A stretch of 64,000 nt of DNA from the human T2T-CHM13v2.0 reference genome, Homo sapiens (GCF_009914755.1 NC_060935.1); one strand, 5' to 3'. Counted from the stretch's first letter, positions 39,577 to 52,559 are shown. Notes: generated by a model from the letters alone, not told the origin. Made by a program: numbers and translations.

Positions 39577-39767
39577 CAGTGAGGGCAATCTTGCCCTGCC
39601 AGTTTTGCTTAGCAATGTCTGGAGATATTGTTGCAGGTCACAGGTGCTTGCATCCAGTGGCTAGAGGTCAGGGATGTGGGTAAACATCCCATAGTGCATA
39701 GCACAGACCCTCATCACAAGGCTTATCTTGCTCGAAACATTCATTGTGCTGAATATGAGAAACCTTG
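39577..39767. mobile_element. MER20 DNA transposon relic (copies at about 45960-46143, 53381-53565)
   Basis: GCAATGTCTGGAGATATT, GCATCCAGTGGCTAGAGGTCAGGGATG, GAGAAACCTTG. Confidence 0.75.
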
Positions 39768-41049
39768 ATCTGACTTTAACTTTAAGTAAAAATGTGTGAG
39801 ACCACTACAATAGAAATAACAAGACATTTTCAAAGAAATATAAAAGTTGCTGAAGAAATTGGGCATTACTATATGCATATAAAATGGAAGATTCATATTT
39901 TAAAGTCACCAATTCTCTTTGAATTGATATATAGATTCAATGTAATTCCAATAAAATCCCAGCATTTGATTTTGCAGATATGAATATGTAGATCCTACGG
40001 TGTATATTGAAATGAAATGGATCAGGAAAATGATCAAGGCAGTCTTGCAGAAATAAAATACAGTCAAAAGATACACAACACCAGATACCAAAACCTATTA
40101 TGAAGTTATAGTAATTCAGAAAGTGTAGAATTGGTATAAGTATTTGTATGGAAATGAAGAGAGGATGAAAGAAATAGACTTGTATATATTCATATAACAA
40201 AGATGGCACTTCAGTGCAGTAAATCAATAATGGTTTCTTCAATACATTATTTAGAGTTATTGGGTTTTCAGAATGAAAAAATAATCTTGACCCTATCTCA
40301 TATTATACACATAAAAAATCAATTACAATGGATAGGAGATAAAAATGCAGTAGATTTTATGACATTCAGTTAGTAAATATATTTCAAAGAAAACAGACAG
40401 AAGAAGCTAACCATAAAAATGATACATTAAAGTTATTACATTTTGAAATAGAAAATTTTCAGCTTATTTTCTTTGCATATAATGTAATAAAACCAGAGTT
40501 TAATAAGCAAGTTATAAGACAGAAAACAAAACCATGAGAATTTAAACAAAATCCATAAAAACACCTTCTGTTAATGAGGTAATTATAACTATAATTAAAA
40601 TTATATAGCAAATAAAAACATCCTGATGTTACATGTGAAGTAAAATTAACTTCCAATGAAATAGGGATATAATGAAGGAAAAAAAAACTTAAAGCATTAG
40701 ATATTATATAAGTGAAAAGTAATAAGCCTGTGTACAAGAAAATCCTTTGAAAGCAAAATACTAACACCAGAAATATATTGGAATCAATTCATAAACTATC
40801 CTAGAACATTAAAATCATCTGTACAAATAAAAATTATTTAACAAAAATTTGAGCACATTTTATCTTACAATAAAACAAAGAATTAATGTTTTTAATTTGT
40901 AAAACTTCAGACAAGTTAATAAGATAAAGACTATTATCTAAAAGGAAAGAAGTCGGTAAAGATCTTAAAAAGTTGATTTTCAAAAGGAGATATATGCATG
41001 AAATGTTGAACAGTGTTTACTCATGCTTGTAAAAGCAATGAAAATTATG

Positions 41050-41735
41050 ACAGCAGTGCTATCTAGTTATTACTTATACAACTGGGAAATAATTATTTTA
41101 GGTAGGTTTATCTTTGGGGAAGAGCCATTCTGAAACTCTAAACAACAAAAAAAGTTTGGGAATTTGGGTGTTTTGAACCACTATACAAAGACGAATGAGA
41201 GAGTGATGCTGAGCTGCAGAGCACCAAATGAGGACAATTATGGATTCTGGAAAATTTTAAGTTGAGAGCAAGCAGTTGTGAGTGTCTCTCAATCACTGGT
41301 GAGGGAAAAGAGTAAGTCATTCCTCCTTCTTTCCTCTTAGATACAAATATTAGTTCCAGGAAGATAAGGACTCTTCTCAGGAGGGTTCAAATAAGAAACA
41401 CTAAGGAAATGCATGCATGCTTATGAAGAACTTTTCATTGGTCTCTTCCTGTTGTTTTGTGCTCCTCAGGGGAACCCAAAAGCCCCAGAGCAATCCCATC
41501 CTCTGAGACACAAATCAAGTTAAGTTCCTGCCCATGTTCATTTCCATTCCCTGCACTTCAACTAGTTTGGTCCTTAAATAGAAATGGACCACTCTTTCTC
41601 AACACTGTGCACCGGTTGTTTGAGTGATATCTTGCAAACTAGTGCCTATACGTAGTGGGTAGAAAGTGAAAAATTGGGGGAAAAAGTTAGATGAGTTTTA
41701 CTACTGAGAAGAATCACATACTGCAAGGTGAGTCC
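41050..41735 (+). promoter_or_regulatory. Putative OR10G4 promoter and non-coding first exon(s); homologs at about 35250-35905, 48610-49302, 55218-55895
   Basis: Non-repeat block conserved in all four units about 2.5-3 kb upstream of each ATG; O/E-like TCTYTGGGGA; donors CTG|GTGAGG (41299) and AAG|GTGAGT (41728). Confidence 0.55.
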
Positions 41736-43059
41736 TTAGAAATGCAGATTTAAACTTATTTTCTCTATCTTCCCTTCTTTTCTTTATCTTAACTTTAATT
41801 CAGAGCTAAGATATTCAGGAATTATTAGAATGTGTTCTAAAATTGATCTAAAATTAATCAAGGTAGAGTGATGTAATTGAGGTTATACAAATAGGGACCA
41901 AATGTCTTCATCAGGGATAGTCAAGGCAAACATTGTCTTTACTGATTGAGACTCCTGCCTTAAGTATCAGGGAACAATGGACTTCACCTCATAAAATTTT
42001 CATATTTCATAAAATCTGATTATGCTGTATTCCTGAGGATTGGGTCCTGCTGGTACAGTAGAAATTTCAGAGTTATAGGTTCTATTTTTAAGGTTCTGAT
42101 ATCCATGTCGGTGATTATAATAATGCTGCTTCTGCTATTTATTTACATGTTTGAAAACCCTTGCTTTAATGTAGCTTCAGCTGCATTTCCTGGTGGTAAT
42201 GTCAGGATACATTTTACCTGGGTTCTGTAAACTGCAGATATCCTGGTTTCTTCCATATCAGTGAATCAGTTTCATAGTCTTCCCCACAGAACAATTCATA
42301 ACAAGCCTAGACTAAGAAAACATTTTGTATGCAGTTAAAAACATCATTTCAACCTGAATACCAATTGTACAGAATCTCAGCTTTTCTGGACATCACGCCA
42401 ATATATATCCTTCCTCTTGCATTGGTTCTGTTTTCCTGTCTTAGGTGGCAGGTATTAAAAAAGAAACATAGACTTGAAAGAATTGTCTTTTATTATGCAT
42501 TGCCTGGGGTTATGAATATGTGGAGGAGGGGAAGATCATGGGGGGCAAAATGTTATCTCTAACGAAGCCAATATTAGGAAACATTTACACATCTAGGATA
42601 GAGTGATGTACAACAGAAAGCTAGCCCCTATCTAGTAGATTGTAGTTGGGAGAGCACATATGAACATCATGTTCTTAGAACCTCCCAGGGGATGGCCTAG
42701 TGTAAGAGAAACAGGGCCAGTCATGTATGAAGCTTGGTGCTCTCTGGATAATTTGGGAGGTGGGAGGTTGTAGGAATCCCACTATAGAGTTGTGCTGAGA
42801 TTCTTACCTTCTCTAAGAGACCTAGGAGAAGCCCTTTAAAAGCAGGCAATAGTAAGGACATCAGTAACAATATTGGGCATGAAATAGTCCACAAAGACAT
42901 AGCTCTTAGATTAAGGACTCTCTGAAAACACTCAGAGAATATATGAACTCTATCTAAGACAAAGAATGGCAAATCCATAACACTGCTGCGAGGCACAATG
43001 TCATAAAACTCACTATCATTTATCAAGCAGTTATTACCTGCCAGGGATAGTATTTAGTC

Positions 43060-43206
43060 AGGGAATTCCCTGATCCCTTGCGCTTCCCAGATGAAGCGAT
43101 GCCTCGCCCTGCTTCGGCTCACACATGGTGTGCTGCACCCACTGTCCTGCACCCACTTTCCGGCACTCCCCAGTGAGGTGAACCTGGTACCTCAGTTGGA
43201 AATGCA
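43060..43206 (-). mobile_element. Isolated L1PA 5'UTR fragment
   Basis: AGGGAATTCCCTGATCCCTTGCGCTTCCC...GGTACCTCAGTTGGAAATGCA is the antisense of the young L1PA 5'UTR. Confidence 0.85.
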
Positions 43207-44129
43207 TGTACGTATATATACATATATAACCTTATTTAATGCTGATAATTTATCAGCGAGGTGGGTGATGTTAGTGATGTCAAATATAATAACATATGAG
43301 GAAACTAGTGGATAATTTATGTGTATTGTGTTTCATTCCTAGTAACAATTAAATTCTTGCTCTTTTAAGTTTTCCCATGAACTCTGCAATGAAAATAGAA
43401 TATGGTAGGTGGAATCCCAAGGAGCCCTCTAAATTCCTGCCCACTGGTGTACATTTCCTATTTAATAACCTTTCAGTGTGCATGGGACCTGTGACTATGA
43501 TGGGCTATCACCCCAATTACAATTATGTTACAGAACATTTTGCTACAGTAAACTGGACAGAGATTCTTTTCCTGAATTTGAAGAAGTAAGCTGTCATGTC
43601 ATCGAAGGCCAGGTGAGGAGGATTTTAGGACATAGGGTGACCTCTGTAAAATGAGATTGATATGTCCTGCCAAAAACCAGCAAAAAAACAGAGACCTCTG
43701 CCCAAAAACTGCAAGAATGGGATACTGCCAACACCTGCAATAGACTTGGAAGAGGACTGTGGTCCTCCCATGAGATTTCAGCTTCTGGGGACACATTGAT
43801 TGAGACCTGTTGAGACTCTCAGCAGAGGGTCCAGCTGACCTGGCCCACAGAGAGGGTGAGATAAAAATTTTACACGTTTTATGGCACTAAGTTTGTGTTA
43901 TTTTTTAATATATCAATGGAAATCTAATATAGTGTTTCTCTACTTTCTTCTGCATGTGTGTCTCTGTGTGTGTGCACCTGTGTGCATGTGTGTGAGAGAG
44001 GCTGAAATAATTTCATCATCATCTCTGTGAGGGAAGCTTTGTAACAAGCGAAGTGCAGGATAACTCCAGAATTATCTACCTGGTTGATGCAGTTTCCACA
44101 TAGAGAATGGATTCTCATTTCTCAATTAA

Positions 44130-44162
44130 GTGCTAAATGCTGGGTGCTCTTTATATCCCCAG
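44130..44162 (+). promoter_or_regulatory. Splice acceptor 27 nt upstream of the OR10G4 ATG (also AG at 51595-6, 58205-6, 38243-4)
   Basis: CTCTTTATATCCCCAG conserved in front of all four paralogs; typical OR layout of 5' non-coding exons plus one coding exon. Confidence 0.7.
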
Positions 44163-44189
44163 AGGGAGAGAGACCAAGGGTGAGAAGAA

Positions 44190-45125
44190 ATGTCCAACGC
44201 CAGCCTCGTGACAGCATTCATCCTCACAGGCCTTCCCCATGCCCCAGGGCTGGACGCCCTCCTCTTTGGAATCTTCCTGGTGGTTTACGTGCTCACTGTG
44301 CTGGGGAACCTCCTCATCCTGCTGGTGATCAGGGTGGATTCTCACCTCCACACCCCCATGTACTACTTCCTCACCAACCTGTCCTTCATTGACATGTGGT
44401 TCTCCACTGTCACGGTGCCCAAAATGCTGATGACCTTGGTGTCCCCAAGCGGCAGGGCTATCTCCTTCCACAGCTGCGTGGCTCAGCTCTATTTTTTCCA
44501 CTTCCTGGGGAGCACCGAGTGTTTCCTCTACACAGTCATGTCCTATGATCGCTACTTGGCCATCAGTTACCCGCTCAGGTACACCAGCATGATGAGTGGG
44601 AGCAGGTGTGCCCTCCTGGCCACCGGCACTTGGCTCAGTGGCTCTCTGCACTCTGCTGTCCAGACCATATTGACTTTCCATTTGCCCTACTGTGGACCCA
44701 ACCAGATCCAGCACTACTTCTGTGACGCACCGCCCATCCTGAAACTGGCCTGTGCAGACACCTCAGCCAACGTGATGGTCATCTTTGTGGACATTGGGAT
44801 AGTGGCCTCAGGCTGCTTTGTCCTGATAGTGCTGTCCTATGTGTCCATCGTCTGTTCCATCCTGCGGATCCGCACCTCAGATGGGAGGCGCAGAGCCTTT
44901 CAGACCTGTGCCTCCCACTGTATTGTGGTCCTTTGCTTCTTTGTTCCCTGTGTTGTCATTTATCTGAGGCCAGGCTCCATGGATGCCATGGATGGAGTTG
45001 TGGCCATTTTCTACACTGTGCTGACGCCCCTTCTCAACCCTGTTGTGTACACCCTGAGAAACAAGGAGGTGAAGAAAGCTGTGTTGAAACTTAGAGACAA
45101 AGTAGCACATCCTCAGAGGAAATAA
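44190..45125 (+). CDS. OR10G4: Olfactory receptor 10G4 (311 aa; reported guaiacol-responsive receptor)
   Basis: Intact 7TM ORF MSNASLVTAFILTGLPHAPGLDALLF...HPQRK with LHTPMYYFL, MSYDRYLAI, RAFQTCASH, PLLNPVVYTLRN. Confidence 0.93.
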   Translation: MSNASLVTAFILTGLPHAPGLDALLFGIFLVVYVLTVLGNLLILLVIRVDSHLHTPMYYFLTNLSFIDMWFSTVTVPKMLMTLVSPSGRAISFHSCVAQLYFFHFLGSTECFLYTVMSYDRYLAISYPLRYTSMMSGSRCALLATGTWLSGSLHSAVQTILTFHLPYCGPNQIQHYFCDAPPILKLACADTSANVMVIFVDIGIVASGCFVLIVLSYVSIVCSILRIRTSDGRRRAFQTCASHCIVVLCFFVPCVVIYLRPGSMDAMDGVVAIFYTVLTPLLNPVVYTLRNKEVKKAVLKLRDKVAHPQRK

Positions 45126-46807
45126 ATACTAGGAAGTAAATACACTAGTTTGTTTAAAAATAGTAATCTAATTTAGTTATTCATGTGAAATTGATTATAT
45201 GTATAGTTCTCAGTGTTAAACATTATTCCAAAACACCTGCACAGTTATAATTCTTCCACAGATTGTCTAAGACAGTTTTAACCTCACAGCTAGACTTATA
45301 TTTATGATGAACATGATTATATTCTGAATTATTGACTCATTTCTCATCAATAGGTTTATATTAAGTTTAAAACATATTTTAATCAAATCTCAGGGATAGA
45401 TGATTAATTCATGTTTATAAATTGATAAACGGTTTTTGTGTTTTGTTTGATTTCATATACACATAAACTTAAGAATTTACCATCATGGAGACATAGTTCA
45501 AAACCAGCAACAAATATTATTCAAAACCAGCAAAAAATATCATTTTTCTAATTGTGGCTGTTCAAATTTGTTTTTGGTTTTAACGTATCTATATATTTGT
45601 ATGTGTATATACTATTCCAAACATGTATACAAAAGAAAGTACATGACATTTAGCATATTTAACATATAGGTTTTCATATATTTATGTATGTGTATGTATT
45701 TGCCTATTTACATATATATCTGAAAACATTTCTAGAAACACTATTTTAATTGGCAAGAATAGCTAGCTATTAATATTTAAAATATTACCAATGAATCAAT
45801 TAGAAATTGTATACTCACAGAATAGATTACTATCCAGCAATGATAACGAATGATCTAACAACTACATATATAATTGTTTACGCACTTTATACATTTGCAC
45901 CCATTTTTAATGTTTGTTAAGATCCAATATAAAAAATTAAATCTCTTAAATATCTAGATTACTTGGGGCTGTTTTGTCTCCTAGTTCACTTGGCAATGTC
46001 TGGAAATATTCTTGCTTGTCACAGGCACTGGCGTCTATTGGCTATAGGTCAGGAGTGTTAAACATTCCACAATGCACAGGAGAGACCCTCACAACAAAAC
46101 TTACCATGGCCAAATGCCGATAGTGCTGAGGATGAGAACCCGGAGCTGAATTTAATTTTAAGCGACATGTGTAAGACCACGACAATAGAAATAAAATATT
46201 TTCAGATAAATATAAAATTTGCTGAATGAATCTAGGATTATAAAGTGCACATGGAGACTCATATTTTTAAAATGCCAATTCCATTCAAATTGATCTATAG
46301 ATTTGATGCTATTCCAAGTAAAATCCCAGCGTTTGATTTTGCAGCTATGGACATGTGGATCTTAAAGTGCGGATTGAAATGGAATGAGTCCCAAAATGGT
46401 CAAGAATCTCTTGAAGAAATAAAGGATAACTGAAAGATTGACAACACTAGTTATCACAACTTATGGCAAAGCTCTAGTAACTCAGAGAGTGTTGCATTTG
46501 TATGAGACTAGACAAATAGAAAAACGGAACTGAATACAGAGTAAAGAAATAGACTGATACATATTCGTATGACAAAGATGACACTGCAAAGCAATAAAGC
46601 ATGATTGCTTTCTTGAATAAATTATTTTGGGGTATCTGGGTATTCAGAATAAAAAAAATTAGTCTCGATCCTATTTCATACTATACACATAAAAAACTCA
46701 ATTATAGTAGATAAGAGATATAAATGTGGTGGACTGTATGACACTTCTTTAGGTAAGACACTTTTTAGTGATGCAAAACCTTCTTGGAAAAAAATTAATT
46801 AAAATAC

Positions 46808-47581
46808 TTTTTTAAATTTATTTTTTATTATTATACTTTAAGTTCTGGCATACATGTGCACAACGTGCAGGTTTGTTATGTAGCAATACATGTGCCATGT
46901 TGGTTTGCTGCACCCATCAACTCATCGGTTACATTAGGTATTTCCCCTAATGCTATCCCTCCCCCAGCCCCCCACCCCCCAAAAGGCCCCCTTGTGTGAT
47001 GTTCCCCTCCCTGTGTCCATGTGTTCTCATTGTTCAACTCCCACTTATGAGTGAGAACATGTGGTGTTGGTTTTCTCTTCTTGTGTTACTTTGCTGGAAG
47101 ATATTAGTTTCCAGTTTCATCAATGTCCCTACAAAGAACATGAACTCATCCTTTCTTATGGCTGCATAGTATTCCATGGTGTATATGTGCCACATTTTCT
47201 TTATCCAGTCTATCATTGATGGACATTTGGGTGGGTTCCAAGTCTTTGCTATTGTGAACAATGCTGCAATAAACATACATGTGCATGTGTCTTTATAGTA
47301 GCATGATTTATAATCCTTTGGGTATATACCCAGTAACGGGATTGCTGGGTCAAATGGTATTTCTAGTTCTAGATTCTTGAGGAATCGTGACACTGTCTTC
47401 CACAATGGTTGAACTAATTTACACTCCCACCAACTTTAAAAGCGTTCCCATTTCTCCACATCCTGTCCAGCATCTGTTGTTTCCTGACTTTTTAATGATC
47501 ACCATTCTAGCTGGCATGAGATGGTGTCTCATTGTGGTTTTGATTTGCATTTCTCTAATGACCAGTGATGATGTGCATTTG
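46808..47581 (-). mobile_element. 5'-truncated L1PA6/7-like element
   Basis: Antisense 3'UTR and ORF2 C-terminus ([21 protein letters not shown]); absent from the paralogous site near 54220. Confidence 0.9.
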
Positions 47582-47966
47582 TTTGCAATAAAAATTTTAA
47601 AGAAAATAAACAAACAAAGCTAACCAAAAAATAATACATGAGACTAAAGTCATTACATTTTAAAATAGAAATTTTGCCACTCATTTTCTTTGATAATAAT
47701 GTAATAAAACTAGAGGTTAATAAGCAAAGTATAAGAGAGAATATAAAAATAATTGAGATCTTAAATCAAATTTTTTAAGAAGAAACCCACTTCAGTTAAT
47801 AAGGTAATTACAACTACAATCTCAAATTATATAGAAAATAAAAACATGCTTATGTCACACATAAAGTAAAATTAATTTCAGATGAAATAAAGATTTAAAT
47901 GAAGGAAAAAAACCTTAAAGCAGTAAATATTATGTAAGTGAAAACTGATAAACTTGTATGCAAGAA

Positions 47967-48285
47967 GTTGGTTTTGTTTTTTGTTTGTTTGTTTGTTTGT
48001 TTTTGAGACAGGGTCTGGCTCTGTCGCTCAGGCTGGAGTGCCGTAGCACCATCTCCACTCACTGTAACCTTGGCCTCCTAGGCTCAAGTGATCCTTCCAC
48101 CTCAGCCTCCTGAGTAGCTGGGTCTACAGGCACTCACCACCATGCCTAGCTAATTTTTGTATTTTTTGCACAGACGGGGTTTCACCATGTTGCCCAGGCT
48201 GGTTTCCAATTCCTGGGCTCAAGTGATCTGCCTGCCTTGGCCTCCCAAAGTGCTGAGATTACAGGTGTGAGCCACCAATATAGGC
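47967..48285 (-). mobile_element. AluJ
   Basis: GAGACAGGGTCT and GGCTCAAGTGATCC diagnostics; (GTTT)n tail. Confidence 0.88.
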
Positions 48286-51200
48286 GAAGAAAATCCTTTT
48301 AAAGCAAAATACTGACATCAGAAAACATAGTAGAATCAATTTATAAAATTTCCTTGAACAGTAAACATATCTATACAAATTTAAAAACATTTAAATGGCA
48401 ATAAATTTGAAAGTACATTTTACCTTACAGTGAAAAACAAATTAATGCTTTCAATTTGTAAAACTTCAGATAAATCAATAAGATAAAGACTATTACCACG
48501 AAAAAAGCAATGAATAAAGATTCTAAAAAGTTAATCTTCGAAAGGAGATGTACACATGAAATATCAAAAGTGTTTATTCAGGCTTGCAAAAGCAATGAAA
48601 ATGATAACAGCAATAATATGTAATGATTACTTATACAATTGGGATATAATTACGTTAGGTAGGTAGATCTCTGGGGAAAAGCCACCCTGAAACTGTAAAC
48701 AACAGAAAAACTTTGGGAATTTGGATCTTTTGAACCACCATACAAAAATGGTGAATGAGATGGTGAGGCTGAGCTGGAGAGCGCCAACAAATTTTCCAGG
48801 ACCATTATGGATCATTGAAAATTTAGAGTAGAGAGCGAGCAGTTATGAGTGTCTCTCAATCACTGGTGAGGGAAAAGGATAAGTCAGTCCTCCTTCTTTC
48901 TTCGTATGTATAAATATTGGTTCCAGAAAGACACTGGGCTCTTCTCAGGGGGGTTCAAATAAGAAACACTAAGGAAATGCATGCATGCTCATGAAGAACT
49001 TTTCATTGGCCTCTTCCTGTTGTTTTGTGCTCATCAAGGGAACCCAAAATCCCAAGAGCAATTCCATCTTCTGAGACATAAATCAAGTTAAGTTCCTACC
49101 CATCTTCATTTCCATTCCCTGCACTTCCACTAGTTTGGTCCTTGAATAGAAAGGGACCACTCTTTCTTAACACCATGTGTCTGTTCTTTGAGTGGTATCC
49201 GGCAAACTTGGCACCTGTACACAGCATGTGGAAAGTGACAAATTGGGGCAAAAACTCAGATGAGTTTTACTGTTAAAATGAATCACATACTATAAGGTGA
49301 GTTCTTAGAAATGTAGATTTAACTTATTTTCTCCTGCTTTCCCTCTTTTCTTTATCTCAAACTTTAATTCAGACAATTAGAGAATTGTTAAGACTTTGTC
49401 ATAAAATCCGTTAGATAGACAGATAGATAGAGACAAAGTCGCTACATATACTACTATATGCTAATATTCAACTCAAACATTGACCCTGCGGATTGAAACT
49501 CTTGCTTTAGACTCCACTGGATGAGGATTTTCACATTCCATCAAAACCGATCATGAAGCTCTGCTGGGGATTCGTCCTCTTGGTACAGTAGAAATTTCAA
49601 AGTAATACTGGTTCCATTTTAAAAGTTCTGATATGCATGCTGGTGATTACAGTAGCCTCCTTTCTGCAATTTATTTACATATTTGACAAACCTTCCTTTA
49701 ACGTAGCTTAAGCCACATTCCCTGGAGGTATCTTAACTGGGCTTTGAGAAGAGTAGAGACTATAATTTCTCTCATATCGATGAACAAGTTTCATAGTGTT
49801 CTCCCACTGAACAATTAGTAAGAATCCTGAACTAATACAACATTTTGTATTAAGTAAAAAATCTTACTTCTGCCTCAATTTCCATTATACAGAATCCCAG
49901 CTTCTCTTGACATCAAGGTGGCATAGGCCTCTCTTCTTGCATTGGTCCCATTTTTTTCCTGTCTCATGTTCTAGGTCTTAATTGAGAGGCACAGACTTCA
50001 TGGAATTGTCTTCTCTTGTGAGATGATTCATTACCTGGATTTATGAGAATAAGGAGTAGAGGAAGATGGTGAGGGGCCAACATGTGATATCTAACAAAGT
50101 TAATATTAGAATATATTTAGAAACCTAGGATAGAAGGAGAATGCAAGACAGCTGGCACCTACCCAGTAGATTGTGTTTGGGAGAGCACATATGAATGCCA
50201 TGTTCTCAGAACCACATAGGAAGTGTTCTAGGGTAACAGAAATGGGGGTGGGGGCAGTCACGTAAGAAGCTTGGTGCTCTCTGGATGATTTGGGAGGACA
50301 TGGGAATCCTACTATAGAGTTATGCTGAGATTCTTACCTGCTCTGAGAGACCTAGGAGAAGCCCTTTAAAAGCAGGCAGTAGTGAGGACATCAGTAACTG
50401 TATCAGGGATACAATAGTACAAAAAGACCTAGCTCTTAGATTCAGAACTCTCTGAAAACACTGAAAGAATATATGTACTCTCTTTCTCTCTAAGATCAAA
50501 AACAGCAATTCCATAATACTGCTGCAAGGCACAATGTGGTAAGACTCACTGTGATTTATTGAGCAGTTATTACCTGCCAGTCACAGTACTACGTGTTTAA
50601 ATGTATCATCTTATTTAATGCTTATAATTTCTCGGTGAGTAGGTGATGTTAGTAATGCCAAATAACATAAGAGGGAACTAGAGAATGATTTACTAGTACT
50701 GTTCAGTTTTCAAATACTCCTTGCTACTAATAATTAAATTCTTGGTGTTTTTTTTTTAAGTTTTCCCACGAGCAAGGCAGCGAAAATAGAATGTGGTAGA
50801 TAGAATTCCAAGCAGCCTTCAAGATTCTTGCCCACTGGTATACACTTTCTGTTTAATAACCTTCCTTTGAGTATGCCTGGGACCTGTTAATATGATGGGA
50901 TATCACCCCTTTGACTGCATTATGTAACATTATATAACATTTTGTCATAGCAAACTGGAGAGAGTTTATCTCATTGGTTTCAAAGAAGTAACCTGTTGTG
51001 TTTTAAGAAGACCAAGTAGCTAGGACTTTCTAGCACCTAGGGGGACCTCTGTAAGGTGAGAGTGATATGTCCTGCCAACAAACAGCAAGAAAACTGGGAC
51101 CTCAGTCCTAAAACTACAAGGAATTGAATCATGCACACAACCCCCATAAGGTTGGAAGATGATCCCAGCCTCAGATGAGATTGCAGCCCCTGGCGATACA

Positions 51201-51385
51201 TTGATTAAAACCTGGTGAGACCCTGAACAGGGAACCCAGCTGACCTGACCCACAGAAAGGGCGAGACAATAAATTTGCATGTTTTAAGCCAGTAAGTTTG
51301 TGGTAATTTATGCACCCATTGAAATCGAGACAATGTGTTTCTCCTAATTTATTCTGCGTATGTCTCTGTGTGTGTGTTTGTATGT

Positions 51386-51388
<3 letters not shown>

Positions 51389-51445
<57 letters not shown>
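51389..51445. repeat. (AG)n microsatellite about 180 bp upstream of OR10G9
   Basis: About 28 perfect dinucleotide copies. Confidence 0.95.
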
Positions 51446-51447
<2 letters not shown>

Positions 51448-51623
51448 AGGAAATCACTTCATTAGCTTTATGAAGGAAGCTTTGTAACAAGCAAAGTCCA
51501 TGAAAACTCCAGAATTATCTACCTGGTTTTCACATAGAGAATGACTTCTCAGTTATCAATTAATTGGTAAATGCTGGGTGCTCCTTATATCCCCAGAGGG
51601 AGAGAGACCAAGGGTGAGAAGAA

Positions 51624-52559
51624 ATGTCCAAGACCAGCCTCGTGACAGCGTTCATCCTCACGGGCCTTCCCCATGCCCCAGGGCTGGACGCCCCACTCTT
51701 TGGAATCTTCCTGGTGGTTTACGTGCTCACTGTGCTGGGGAACCTCCTCATCCTGCTGGTGATCAGGGTGGATTCTCACCTCCACACCCCCATGTACTAC
51801 TTCCTCACCAACCTGTCCTTCATTGACATGTGGTTCTCCACTGTCACGGTGCCCAAAATGCTGATGACCTTGGTGTCCCCAAGCGGCAGGGCTATCTCCT
51901 TCCACAGCTGCGTGGCTCAGCTCTATTTTTTCCACTTCCTGGGGAGCACCGAGTGTTTCCTCTACACAGTCATGTCCTATGATCGCTACTTGGCCATCAG
52001 TTACCCGCTCAGGTACACCAGCATGATGAGTGGGAGCAGATGTGCCCTCCTGGCCACCAGCACTTGGCTCAGTGGCTCTCTGCACTCTGCTGTCCAGACC
52101 ATATTGACTTTCCATTTGCCCTACTGTGGACCCAACCAGATCCAGCACTATTTGTGTGATGCACCGCCCATCCTGAAACTGGCCTGTGCAGACACCTCAG
52201 CCAACGAGATGGTCATCTTTGTGGACATTGGGCTAGTGGCCTCGGGCTGCTTTCTCCTGATAGTGCTGTCTTATGTGTCCATCGTCTGTTCCATCCTGCG
52301 GATCCACACCTCAGAGGGGAGGCACAGAGCCTTTCAGACCTGTGCCTCCCACTGCATCGTGGTCCTTTGCTTTTTTGTTCCCTGTGTTTTCATTTACCTG
52401 AGACCAGGCTCCAGGGACGTCGTGGATGGAGTTGTGGCCATTTTCTACACTGTGCTGACACCCCTTCTCAACCCTGTTGTGTACACCCTGAGAAACAAGG
52501 AGGTGAAGAAAGCTGTGTTGAAACTGAGAGACAAAGTAGCACATTCTCAGGGAGAATAA
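51624..52559 (+). CDS. OR10G9: Olfactory receptor 10G9 (311 aa)
   Basis: Intact paralog of OR10G4 starting MSKTSLVTAF and ending HSQGE. Confidence 0.9.
   Translation: MSKTSLVTAFILTGLPHAPGLDAPLFGIFLVVYVLTVLGNLLILLVIRVDSHLHTPMYYFLTNLSFIDMWFSTVTVPKMLMTLVSPSGRAISFHSCVAQLYFFHFLGSTECFLYTVMSYDRYLAISYPLRYTSMMSGSRCALLATSTWLSGSLHSAVQTILTFHLPYCGPNQIQHYLCDAPPILKLACADTSANEMVIFVDIGLVASGCFLLIVLSYVSIVCSILRIHTSEGRHRAFQTCASHCIVVLCFFVPCVFIYLRPGSRDVVDGVVAIFYTVLTPLLNPVVYTLRNKEVKKAVLKLRDKVAHSQGE

Noticed and set aside
44151-44714. 187-aa antisense ORFs (also 51585-52148, 38209-38688) and plus-strand ORFs over OR10S1
   Set aside because: Shadows of OR codon bias; they recur only because the sense genes are paralogous
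45497-45542. 23-bp tandem duplication in the OR10G4 3' region; similar small repeats near 19255-19312 and 25815-25846
   Set aside because: Ordinary slippage-scale duplications with no sign of function
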